Source: Mobula hypostoma (lineage: Eukaryota). From it: a stretch of 64,000 bases of DNA. Of this stretch, positions 42,301 to 53,252 are shown one piece after another (position 1 is the first letter of the stretch; each line of letters starts with the position of its first letter). Location of the stretch: positions 114,888,001 to 114,952,000 of the forward strand of contig NC_086107.1 of the NCBI RefSeq assembly GCF_963921235.1. The letters run 5' to 3'. The notes beneath the pieces were generated by a model. That model was not told the origin of the DNA. It ran no database searches and saw only the letters and a program-made list of their open reading frames with translations. A program made the translations under genes and the position numbers.

Positions 42301-44194
42301 CTAACTTAGCAGTTGCGGCTAACGTGGCTGCCTCTTTCTCATCGAGGTAGGGTCTCATACCCTCAGGGACACAACCTTTAAACTGCTCAATCAGAATCAG
42401 TTGTAGCAGTCTGTCATAATCCCCCTCTACCCCCTTCGAGGCGCACCAACGCTCACAATATGTCTGCATATCACGGGCAAACTCCAAATACGTGCGGTCC
42501 CACCGCTTCCTCGCATTCCGGAACCTCTGCCGGTATGCCTCCGGGACCAACTCATAAATCCCGAGGATGGCCTCTTTCACCACCTCATACCTCTGGGCAT
42601 CTTCCGCGGACAAAGCTGAGTAAGCTTCTTGGGCCTTCCCTTTCAGTACACTCTGAAGTAAAACAACCCACTTATCCCTCGGCCAGTCCTGACTTATAGC
42701 CACTTTTTCGAAGTGGAGAAAGTACCGATCCACGTCGGTATCGTCAAATGGGGGAACCAGCCTAACCTCCTGGGTCGCCCGGAACCCTCCACCTTGGTTC
42801 GGCACGAGCCCCTGCTCGACCCTTATCTTTAACTTCTCTCGCTCAAATTCCCTTTCCCTCTGTTCCTCCTCTCTCTCCAACTGTCTCTCTCTCTCTCTCT
42901 TGCCTTTCTACCTCTTTCTCTTTCTCCCACCTTTCTAACCTCTCTCTCCTGCCTTTCTAACTGCTTCTCTTCGTGTTCTAACTGCCGTACCCGGAACTCG
43001 TGCTCGAGTCTCAGTTTTTCAAGCTGTACCTGTACCACGTCTCCAGCAGGTTTTTCAATAGACACCACCCCCAGCTCACTTTGGGGAAACACACCTTTAG
43101 ATACACAGTGCTCTACAATAGCTCTGTGTATCTCCTCTCTCCTCATTGTCGACTTCACCTTAGCAAGATTCAACCGTTTGGCCACAGCTATCAATTCCGA
43201 TTTCCTGGCATCCTCTAATGCCTCCAAGGTCGGCGCCTTTATAAATTCCTCAGCCTCCATTTCTGCTGTTTGTCTTTTCTTTCTTTCGGGAATTTTAACC
43301 CAATCAATTTACTCCGTCCCAAATTTAGCGTTCAAAATCGCGGACGAGAACCCCACTTATGTTACGTACCCCGTAACATGGGTTGCCAAACCAGCAGAAA
43401 TGGATCACTCAGTTGGAGTCTGGAGTACTAGAACTAAGAAAGTTTTATTAAAGAAACAAGCAACACAGTAATCGAAAGGATAATAAATGCAACAGTTCAG
43501 CGATGATAAACACACATGTGCACAGAATTAAGATAACAGCATCAATCAAGCTCTATCGTTGTCTAGGGGTAAATGACCAAATTTCAAAGTGACTCAAAGT
43601 TCAGTCCAGTTTAGTAGTTCAGTTCGCAGTAATCGTTGCCATGGCGATGGACAACGTGGGGGGAGAGAGAGATAGAACAGGAACAACTGATCATTCAGAA
43701 CGGCTTCACTCACAGACCGGCGAGATTGCTCACAAGCAACTTTTGGGCGGGTCCTTGGTGATGTCACCTGAGGTCACCGACTGTGACCCCTCCTCCAGAT
43801 GCGGTCGATCCTCTGCAGTGAACCCGGCACCCAGGCAAGGGCGGACACACACCGGGTTCCCGCTGATCGTACCTTTCCACCCTGGCCGTTGAGGCGTACC
43901 GCTTCCAGTGTCTCGTTACCTCGGGTGGCGTGTGTGTTGCCTTAGCGAACCTGTCCCTTTTTATCCCCCTGCTGGGGCATCGCCTGTCCACCACTTCAAA
44001 CAGTTCAGGGTTCAAAGGGGGAGCCGCTCCAGACAGCTCTCTCTCCCACGTCCCTTCATTACACATCTCCAGACGCTGCTCCATTTGTTCCTTATCTCTC
44101 CTTCCCCTGAGGGCAGGTGGCAGACCACTTGCTGATGTCACTGATGCTAACCCAGGCCAGCAAACATCTTAATTTTATGTGTATTCTCGTCACA
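39360..44194 (-). mobile_element. Gmr1-like Ty3/Gypsy LTR retroelement 1, internally deleted, inserted in a Penelope-like remnant (~39055-39359 + 44195-44660)
   Basis: LTRs 39360-40193 and 43360-44194 (TG..CA, ~9 substitutions + 1 indel by eye); tRNA-Pro-like PBS TGGGGTTCTCGTCCGCGATT next to 43359; PPT 40194-40206; flanks GAGA/GAGG (imperfect TSD). Confidence 0.92.
40895..43260 (-). pseudogene. Element 1 Gag-protease-integrase remnant; frameshift in the (GA)n tract ~42880-42900
   Basis: SCAN-like LLQLILIEQFKGCVP, CCHC knuckle CYNCGKAGHFASRC, protease RDTGA, integrase N-terminal AHEVPRGGHF. Confidence 0.85.
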
Positions 44195-45429
44195 GAGGGA
44201 AGGGGAAGGGTAAGGTTTCCAGAATTTGGGGAAATTGATATTTATGCCATCAGGTTGGAGGTTACCCAGACAGAATATGAGGCTTTGCTCCTCCAGCCTG
44301 AGTGTGGCCTCATCATGGCAGTAGAGAAGGCCATGGACCAACATGTCAGAATGGGAATAGAAAGTGGAATTAAAATGTTAGGCCACTAGGAAATCCTGCC
44401 TTATGCAGATGGAATGAAGCTGATCAACAAAGCAGCCCCCCAGTCTACGTCAGGTCTCACCAGTGTAGAGGGCATTAGGAGCACTGGATAAGGTAGACAA
44501 CCCCAGACTTGCAGGTATAGAGTTGCCTCATCTGCAAGGTCTGGGACCCTGAATGGGGGTGAATAGGCAGGTGTTGCACTTCTGCTTGCATGCAGAAATG
44601 CCAGCAGGGAGATTAGTGGGGAGGGCCAAATGGACAAGCGAATTACTGAGGGAGTGAGGGAGGGTTTTCATTGAGGGGATCAGCAGTGGAACGAGGTGAG
44701 CAGTTTCAAGTTCCTGGGCGTCATCATCTCTGAAGATGTATCCTGGGTCCAACATATTGATGTAATTACACAGAAGGAACAACAGTGCCTATATTTCATT
44801 AGAAATTTGAGGAGATTTGGTATGTCACCAAACACTCTTACAAATTTCTACCCATGTGCCATGGAAAGGATTGTAACTGGTTGCATCACCATCTGGTATG
44901 GAGGGGTCACTGCACAGGATTGGAAATAACTCCAGAAAGTTGTAAACTCAGCCAACTCCATTATGGGCACCAGCCTTCCCAGCATCGAGGACATCTTTAA
45001 AAGGTGATGCATTAAGAAGGTAGCATCCATCTTTAAGTACACCCATCACCCAGGACATTTCATTGTTATCATCACTGAGGAGTTATAGGACCCTGAAGAA
45101 ACTCAATGTTTCAGGAACAGCTTCTTCCTCTCCGCCATCAGATTTCTGAATGGACAACAAGGCCATGAACACTACCCCACTATTTTTCACTCTCTATTTG
45201 CACTATGCATTATGCAAGTTAATCTATATATATGGTTCTTATTGTACATTATAGTGTTTTAATTATTATATTTGCTAAGTACAGCTGCCGCAAAACAGTA
45301 CATTTCACAACATGTTTCAGTAATATTAAAAGAGATTCTGATTGGGAATTTCAGTAGATGACTGATACCAATACACCTCATTATTCCTTTTATTATTGAT
45401 TTCCACCGCAAATACACACCCATAAAAAT

Positions 45430-45728
45430 AGGCACCTGTTAGTCTCGTGAGCCATGGATTTGCGCCTTGGAAGGTTTCCAGAAGGCAAGCCTGGGCAAGG
45501 TTGTATAGAAGACCAGCAGTTGCCCATGCTGCAAGTCTCCCCTCTCCACGCTATCAATGTTGTCCAAGGGAAGGGCAGTAGGGTCAATACAGCTTGGCAC
45601 CGGTGTTGTCGCAGAGCAATGTGTGGTTAAGTGCCTTGCTCAAGGATACACATGCCGCCTTAACTCAGGCTCAGACTAGCGACCTTCAGATCACTATACC
45701 GACGCCTTAACCACTTGGCCACGTGCCA
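45430..45728 (-). mobile_element. tRNA-derived SINE
   Basis: Reverse complement of the 47039-47350 copy; A box TGGCCAAGTGG at its 5' end. Confidence 0.8.
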
Positions 45729-45794
45729 CATCCACACTTCACCACATACCACCCCATCCCGTAAATCGGCTTGTTGCTTTGCTCAAGTTGCTGT

Positions 45795-46006
45795 AAGACT
45801 ACAATATCCATGAGCCTCTGCGAGGGTGGCGGGAAAACACGTAGTATCCATGTCAATGGGATCTCCGGATGCTTCATATGCCAAAACTTATGGCTAAAAG
45901 GGTAAAAACTACACTTCCCAGAAGGTAAGCCCTCACGCTCGCCAATGGGATCGCACGTCGGTACTGACGTCGGAGCCTCCGCCCCTCCTTCGCCTGGTTA
46001 CTAGGG
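45795..46006 (+). promoter_or_regulatory. VKORC1 promoter: two ZNF143/THAP11-type ACTACAnnTCCCA motifs, CCAAT, CRE-like and GC box
   Basis: ACTACAATATCCATGAGC at ~45798, ACTACACTTCCCAGAAGG at 45908, CCAAT 45942, TGACGTCG 45965, CCGCCC 45979; CpG-rich and immediately upstream of the ATG. Confidence 0.65.
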
Positions 46007-46182
46007 ATGGCAGTGACGGCGCCCAGGTGGGACGGGGCAGTCCGCTGGCTGGTGTGCGGCCTCGGTCTGGTCCTGTCGCTCTACGCCTACCACGTGGAGA
46101 CGTCAAAGGAGCGGGACGCTGCATATCGGGCTATGTGCGACATCAGCGACTCCATCAGCTGCTCTAAAGTCTTCACCTCCCG
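46007..46182 (+). CDS. VKORC1: Vitamin K epoxide reductase subunit 1, exon 1
   Basis: [59 protein letters not shown] with the loop Cys pair; donor CG|GTAAG; not in the ORF track. Confidence 0.9.
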
Positions 46183-46814
46183 GTAAGCGGCTGTACCTTT
46201 TCGGATCCCGAGCCGTCACCCTTTCTGCCAATTGGCTGGCTGAGCTGACTGTTATCTGACTTGTACACTGCGATTGGCAGCTCTATCTGCCTGTTAGCTA
46301 CCACGTTCCCTCTATTCCGGTGCTGATTGGTTCGTAGCGTCTCGGCTCCACCATGATTGGTTAGAGTTCGGGGCTTATCATCCGTACCCGCCCCTCTTTG
46401 TGCTGTCCATTATTCCTTTCCTTATTGGTCCGTCGACTTTGCTTGTTAGCCTTCCCTGTGTATCTTATTGGTCTGCGGGACTGTCTGTTTAGAGGCCGCG
46501 CCCCGTGATTGGGTGCCAACGTGGCTTATTTACCTGCCGCTTTCCCATCAGGTTGAGCCACGTTGCCTCTATCTTTTCGCCCGCCCCCTCCTCCGGACCC
46601 GGTGTCAAGTTAGGTTCAGAGCGCACAGCAGCTGGTTTGGATAATTTTGCCTTTATTGTAAGAATAATTGCTTTAAAAACAACCCACAGTTAATTTGCTT
46701 TAAAGTTTGCATCCCTTATGCATTTGTTTTCAATGCTTTTTAACAATTTATGTGAGTATGTTATTCCAGATTAGTTTAATTAAAATACAGCGACGACCGA
46801 TTGTTGCAAAGGGT

Positions 46815-47860
46815 CCCAAAGAGTTCTTCCAGGTGAGGCGACACTTCACCTGTTAGTCTGTTGGGGCTATATACTGTGTTCGGTGCTCCCGGTGTGGCCT
46901 CCTGTATGTCGGTGAGACTGACTAGATTGGGAGACTGCTTTGCCGAGCATTTACGTTCAGTCTGTCAGAACAAGCCGGATCTCCCAGTGGCCACCCATTT
47001 TAATTCCACTTCCCATTCCCATATGTCCATCCATGTGTTGGCGTGTGGCCAAGTGTTTAAGGCGTCGGTCTAGTGATCTGAAGGTCGTTAGTTCGAGTCT
47101 CAGCTGTGGCAGCGTGTTGTGTCCTTGAGCAAGGTACCTAACCACACATCGCTCTGCGACGACACTGGTGCCAAGCTGTATCAGCCCTAGTGCCCTTCCC
47201 TTGGACCACATCGGTGGCGTGGAGAGGGGAGACTTGCAGCAAGGGCAACTGCCGGTCTTCCATACAACCTTGCCCAGGCTTGCGCCCTGGCAACCTTCCA
47301 AGGCGCAAATCCATGGTCTCAGGAGACTAACGGATGACTATATTATTATATATATTATGCCCATTCATAGCTTCCTCCACTGTCGGGATCAGGCCACACC
47401 TAGGATGGAGGAAAACCTTTTGGGTAGCCTCCAACCTGATGGCATGAACATCGATTTCTCAAACTTACAGTAATGCCTCCACACCCCCCTTCAGCATTTC
47501 TCACCCCTTTGTCCCTCTGTCATGTTACCTCTTTGCCCACCCATTGCCTCCCTCTGGTGCTTCCCCCCCCCCCACTTCCCTTTCTCTTACTTTCATGGCC
47601 TTCTTTTTCATTAATCAACTTCCTAGCTCTTTGCTTCGTCCCTACCCCTCCAGGTTTCACCTATCACCTGGCGCTTCTCTCTCCTCCCCCCGCCCCCTTT
47701 CAAATCTACTCCTCAGCTTTCCTCCTCCCAGTCCTGCCGAAGGGTTTCGGCCCGAAACGTCGACTGTTCTTTTTTCCATAGATGCTGCCGGCCTGCTGAG
47801 TTCCTCCAGCGTTTTGTGTGTGTTGCTCGGATTTCCAGCGTCTGCAGACTTCCTCTTGGT
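46815..47860 (+). mobile_element. Penelope-like 3' fragment (GIY-YIG region and terminus) interrupted by a SINE; in VKORC1 intron 1
   Basis: IYCVRCSRCGLLYVGET..RLGDCFAEHLRS; hammerhead-like motif 47730-47765 with core CTGCCGA. Confidence 0.8.
47039..47350 (+). mobile_element. tRNA-derived SINE
   Basis: A box TGGCCAAGTG, B box GTTCGAGTC, TAT-rich tail, degenerate TSD TATGTCCATCCAT/TATGCCCATTCAT. Confidence 0.8.
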
Positions 47861-48102
47861 TGCACAGGGTGCAGTGCAAACAGAAATGGAAGGGGGAATT
47901 AAGAGATTAACATAATAATCGACAGCACATTACAGGCCCTTCTGCCCACAATGTTGTGCCGACCATGTAACCTACTCTAGGAACACAGGGTGTTATTCAC
48001 CGTGCAACTGGATCCTCCAGTTCCTTGTTGGGAGACCCCAGTCATTGAGAACCAGTGATAACATCTCCTCGCTGACAATCGAAATCAGAACCAGGTTTAC
48101 TG

Positions 48103-51100
48103 TGTTACGTACCCCGTAACTGGGTTGCCAAACCAGCAGAAATGGACCATTTGTTGGAGTCTGGATTACTAGGAACTAATAAAGTTTTATTAAAGAAATA
48201 AGTAACACAGTACTCTAATTGTAAGGATATAAACGTAACAGGTTAGCAATGATAATACTCACATGTACACAGAACTAGGGTAATAGGGATCAACCAAGCT
48301 CTATTGCAGTCTAGGCGTAAAATGATCAGTCTTAAGTGACGCAGAGTTCAGTTCAGCTTAGTACAGTTCACAGTAATCGCTGTTGTGCCATTGGAGAGAG
48401 AGAGAGGGAGGGGGATGGAATTTGATTCAGCCAGACCTTTGATGTCTTCGCAGTTGGTTTCGGGCAGACCCTTTTATGTCTTCTATCCCACTGTGGTCAC
48501 CGACTGTGACCCCTCCGTTCCGGATACGATCATTCTTTCGTGGTGAACCCGGCACCCAGGCAAGGGCGGACACACACACCAGGTTCCCACCCATCGTACC
48601 TTTAAACCCTGTGAGCCTCTGATCGGTTCCCGCGAACCGGACCTCCAAACTTCCACCAACTTGTGGGGGCACACCGCTTTTTCCAGGGTCTCGTGGTCTC
48701 GTGATCTCGTGGTGTGTCGTGTACCTTAACGAACCTGCTCTTTTTATCCCCCTGCTGGGGTATCACCTGTCCATCAAACTTCAAACAGTTCAGGTTCAAA
48801 GCAACCGGTCTGTCAATATTCTGAATTGTGTTTCTTTTCCGTTAATCCCTCTCTCCTCTCTTATTAGCATTTTGGATGTTTCTTCATTGTCTCTCTTATC
48901 TCTCCAATTAGCATCAATTGTCCGATAGCTTGGTTTGGCGTCACACCCCTACCCTTCAAAGGATTTTTACTGGGGTAAAAATCATGGGCATGAATGCACA
49001 TTATTAGATACACACTGATATATAGGATGATCAGCTATTCGGCTAATACAGAGAACTTTAAGTTTCAACACCTTGATAGACAGTCAGCAATCACATTGCC
49101 CGTTCCTTTTATATGTTTTATTTTAATATCAAATTCCTGTAAGACTAGGCTCTAACTTAGTAACCTTTTGTTTTTATCCTTCATAGTGGCTAAAAACACT
49201 AATGGGTTGTGATCAGTGTAGATTATCAGTGGTTTCCGTGCTGGACAAATATAAACCTCAAAATGTTGCAATGCCAGTACGATTGCCAGTAATTCCTTCT
49301 CCACAGTGGAATAATTTCTCTGATGGATATTAAATTTCTTAGAAAAATAAGCAACTGGGTGATCAACCCCTTCTGTCTGTCTGTATCAGCTTCGTCGCTA
49401 GCATCTGTTGCTAGGGAGAAGAGTTTTGAAAAGTCAGGCGCATTCAGCACAGGGTGGTGACACAGAATCGCTTTCAGACTCTCGAAGGCTTGTTGACAAA
49501 GGTCGTCCCACACAAACTTCGCATTCTTTGGCAAGAGCTTAGTAAGAGGGAGGGTAATATCCGCAAAGTTTTTGCAAAACTTCCGATAGTACCCCACCAT
49601 CCCCAAGAACCTTCTCAGGGCTCTCTTGTCTGTCGGGGTGGGGACTTCAGAGGTAACCTGCACCTTAACTTGCATCGGCGCCAGCTGCCCCTGTCCTACC
49701 ACAAATCCCATATCAGTGACCTTCGCATGGCCGAATTCACTTTTCGCGAGGTTCACCGTCAGGTTGGCTTCAGACAGCCGTTTAAACAGCTCCTCTACTG
49801 CCACAATGTGCTCCTCCCACGTGTCACTTCAGACCACTACATCGCCAATATACGCTTCTGCGTTCTCTAGCCCTTTTGTCACTGAATTAATCATCCTATA
49901 GGGGTTTTGCTTACTAGGCTGACTTAATGTGACAACAACATCATGTACCGTCCCTTTGCATCGCCCCGGGACATCCGGACATACGTCTGTGTGCCGGTTA
50001 ATTAGCTTTCTCAGCGGCTCGCTCTGTTCGGGGGTTAAGGGAGAGACCTTATCAGCAAAGTTGGCCAAAACAATAGAGCTGTCCAATCTGGTCGGCACCA
50101 TACTTATCTTTTCAAAATGGGTTTTCCCCTTATCAGGTGGCACCCTAGCCTCACTATCTTTCGTGATAACACCGACTAGGTCTGCTTCCTTATCGTGGTA
50201 AGCGGTTAACATATTAATAGGCTGTGTCAGCTCATGTCTACAATACTCAATAATATCCTTCCTCATGCTGGGCCAGTAAAACTCTTCCATAATTCTATCG
50301 ACTGTCTTCCTCACCCCAAAATGTCCACCGAGGGGTATCTTGTGGGCCAGGTTAAAAGTCTCATCCCCATAAATTTTCGGCACTACCACCTGGTGCACCA
50401 CCCCCCATTCCTCATCTGCGGGCACGGTACTTGGTCTCCATTTCCTCATTAGTACTCCCTCCTTCACATAATAGCCCACTGGCTCCTTTTTTAATTCTGC
50501 TTCAGAGAGAGCTGCCTCTGTCAAAACCATCAGCTCCTCATCTCGTTCCTGTGCCTGTATAAATTCCTTCCACGCTAATGATAAATCTACCTCAACTCCC
50601 TCACTTCCTTCTGCTCCACTATGCTCCTTCTTCCCACTTTCTAACCCCTCCTGGTACAAGGCTGGTAAAAACGTCTCAGCTAAATCTATATTCACTTCGG
50701 CAGCCTTTCTGGACGTGTGCCGAGTCACTGCGCAAATGGGATAAACCTGTGAGTCCATGGGCGGGGCCTCAGTCCTGGCAGGCTTGCTTGTCAGCTTTAC
50801 TGCTGGGTACACATCTCCACCTGCAAGGTCGTTACCGAGTAAGACCACCACGTCTTCCATCGGTAGTTCGGGCCTCACCCCTATTGTGACCGGTCTGGAG
50901 ACCAAGTCGCTTTTTAGGTATATCTGGTGCAAAGGTACTGCTTCAGTTCGTTTCCCAATGCCTTTTATCACACTAACCTCCCCAGTCTCAGTCTCTGAAC
51001 TAAAGTCTAACACCCTCCTCAAATCAATGATTGACAAGCCCCAGGGTCTCCAGATCCGTACTGGAACTGGGGTTGACCCCTCCTTCACCGACATCAATCC

Positions 51101-53252
51101 GGCTGAAATAAACTTCTCGCGTCCTTCCTGAACTCTATCAGACCTCTTCTCCCCTAGCGGTTTGTTTGCCGGCTCAATACAGCCAGTCGGAGTCGTCGTT
51201 TTTCCTTTCCCCGTCTCCTTCTTTGGGGCAAAACACCTGGACGCAATGTGACCGGCTTTCCCACAATTATAGCATACGACCCCAGGAGACTTCCTACCAT
51301 ACTGCTTCCTGTCTTCCTTATCCTTCTCACTAGTTCCCGGCTTACTTTCTGGCTTTTCCGGCGGACTCTCTCCGCCCTCTCGACTACCCTTCAGGTAGCT
51401 TTTACTCGGGGTAAACTTCGCTGTGTGTGTCAACGTGTACTCATCTGCTAACTTAGCAGTTGCGGCTAAGGTTTCTGCCTCTCTCTCATCTAGATAGGGC
51501 CTCATACCTTCAGGGACACAACCTTTAAATTGCTCAATCAGTATTAGCTGTAGCAGTGTGTCATAATCCCCATTGACCCCTTTTGAGGCACACCAACGCT
51601 CACAATACACTTGCATCTCACGGGCAAACTCTAAATACGTGCAGCCCCACTGCTTCCTCTCATTCCGGAACCTCTGCCGGTATGCCTCCGGGACCAACTC
51701 ATAAATCCTGAGGATGGCCTCTTTCACCACATCATACCTCTGGGCACCTTCGGCGGACAATGCGGAGTAAGCTTGTTGGGCTTTCCCTTTAAGTACGCTC
51801 TGAAGTAACACAGCCCACTTATCCCTCGGCCAGTCCTGACTTGCAGCGACTTTTTCAAAATGTAGAAAGTACCGATCAACATCGGCCTCCTCAAATGGGG
51901 GAACCAGCCTAACCTCCTGGGTCGCCCTGAACCCTCCACCTTGGTTCGGCATGGGCCCCTGCTCTGCCCTTATCTTTAACTTCTCCAGCTCAAATTCCCT
52001 TTCCTTCTGCTTCTCTCTCCCCTCCCGTTCCAACTGCTTTATTCGGAACTCCTGCTCTCGTCTCAATTTTTCCATCTGCAGCTGCACTGCTTCTCCACCA
52101 GGTTTGCTCATAGATACCACCTCCAGCTCCCCTTGGGGAAACACACCTTTAGATACATAATGCTCTACGATAGCTCTGTGTATCTCCTCTCTCCTCATTG
52201 TTGACTTCCCCTTAAAAAGATTCAACCGTTTTGCAACAGTTGCCAATTCTGATTTCCTGGCATCCTCTAATGCCTCCAAGGTTGGCGCCTTTAGAAATTC
52301 CTCAATCTCCATTTCTGCTGTTTGCCCTTATTTTCTTTCGGGAATTTTAACCCAATCAATTTACCCAGTCCCAAATTTGGCGTTCAAAATCCCGGACGAG
52401 ACCCCCACTTATGTTACATACCCCATAACTGGGTTGCCAAACCAGCAGAAATGGACCACGCGTTGGAGTCTGGTTTACTAGAAACTAATAAAGTTTTATT
52501 AAAGAAATAAGTAACACAGTACTCTAATCGTAAGGATATAAATGTAACAGGTTAACAATGATAATACACACATGTACGCAGAACTAGGGTAATAGGGATC
52601 AACCAATCTCTATCGCAGTCTAGGCGTAAAATGATCAGTCTTAAGTGACGCAGAGTTCAGTTCAGCTTAGTACAGTTCACAGTAATCGCTGTTGTGCCGT
52701 TGGAGAGAGAGAGAGGGAGGGGGATGCAATTTGAATCAGCCAGACCTTTGATGTCTTCGCAGTTGGTTTTGGGTGGACCCTTTTATGTCTCTATCCCACT
52801 GTGGTCACCAACTGTGACCCCTCCGTTCTGGATACGATCGTTCTTCTGTTGTGAACCCGGCACCCAGGCAAGGGCGGACACACGCACCAGGTTCCCACCC
52901 ATCGTACCTTTACACCCTGTGAGCCTCTGGTCGGTTCCCGCGAACCGGACCTCCAAACTCGCACCAACTTGTGGGGGCACACCGCTCTTCCAGGGTTTCG
53001 TTATCTCATGATCTTGTGGTGTGTCACGTGCCTTAGCGAACCTGCTCTTTTTATCCCCCTGCTGGGGTATCACCTGTCCATCAAACTTCAAACAGTTCAG
53101 GTTCAAAGTAACCGGTCTGTCAATATTCTGAATTGTGTTTCTTTTCCATTAATCCCTCTCTACTCTCTTATTAGCATTTTGAATGTTTCTCCATTGTCTC
53201 TCGTATCTCTCCAATTAGCATCAATCGTCCGACAGCTTGGTTTGGCGTCACA
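48103..53252 (-). mobile_element. Gmr1-like Ty3/Gypsy LTR retroelement 2, internally deleted, antisense in VKORC1 intron 1
   Basis: LTRs 48103-48945 and 52412-53252; perfect TSD ACTG (48099-48102/53253-53256); tRNA-Pro-like PBS TGGGGGTCTCGTCCGGGATT; PPT next to 48946. Confidence 0.94.
49829..52312 (-). CDS. Element 2 Gag-(PR)-truncated IN-truncated RT ORF, 827 aa; same frame resumes after one TGA into an RT-thumb/RNase H remnant (to ~49380)
   Basis: Gag and CCHC knuckle, IN zinc finger HKIPLGGHFG..FYWP..YC, RT start KQNPYRM fused to AYIGDVVV, then RRFLGMVGYYRKF and LATDASD. Confidence 0.8.
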   Translation of the reverse strand: MEIEEFLKAPTLEALEDARKSELATVAKRLNLFKGKSTMRREEIHRAIVEHYVSKGVFPQGELEVVSMSKPGGEAVQLQMEKLRREQEFRIKQLEREGREKQKEREFELEKLKIRAEQGPMPNQGGGFRATQEVRLVPPFEEADVDRYFLHFEKVAASQDWPRDKWAVLLQSVLKGKAQQAYSALSAEGAQRYDVVKEAILRIYELVPEAYRQRFRNERKQWGCTYLEFAREMQVYCERWCASKGVNGDYDTLLQLILIEQFKGCVPEGMRPYLDEREAETLAATAKLADEYTLTHTAKFTPSKSYLKGSREGGESPPEKPESKPGTSEKDKEDRKQYGRKSPGVVCYNCGKAGHIASRCFAPKKETGKGKTTTPTGCIEPANKPLGEKRSDRVQEGREKFISAGLMSVKEGSTPVPVRIWRPWGLSIIDLRRVLDFSSETETGEVSVIKGIGKRTEAVPLHQIYLKSDLVSRPVTIGVRPELPMEDVVVLLGNDLAGGDVYPAVKLTSKPARTEAPPMDSQVYPICAVTRHTSRKAAEVNIDLAETFLPALYQEGLESGKKEHSGAEGSEGVEVDLSLAWKEFIQAQERDEELMVLTEAALSEAELKKEPVGYYVKEGVLMRKWRPSTVPADEEWGVVHQVVVPKIYGDETFNLAHKIPLGGHFGVRKTVDRIMEEFYWPSMRKDIIEYCRHELTQPINMLTAYHDKEADLVGVITKDSEARVPPDKGKTHFEKISMVPTRLDSSIVLANFADKVSPLTPEQSEPLRKLINRHTDVCPDVPGRCKGTVHDVVVTLSQPSKQNPYRMINSVTKGLENAEAYIGDVVV

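Noticed and set aside
47039..47110. tRNA gene
   Set aside because: The tRNA-like head continues into a ~300-bp SINE body that has a second copy at 45430-45728
52380..52407. tRNA-Pro gene fragment (GTTCAAAATCCCGGACGAGACCCCCA)
   Set aside because: It is the primer-binding site next to an LTR (also at ~43330-43355); no 5' half of a tRNA
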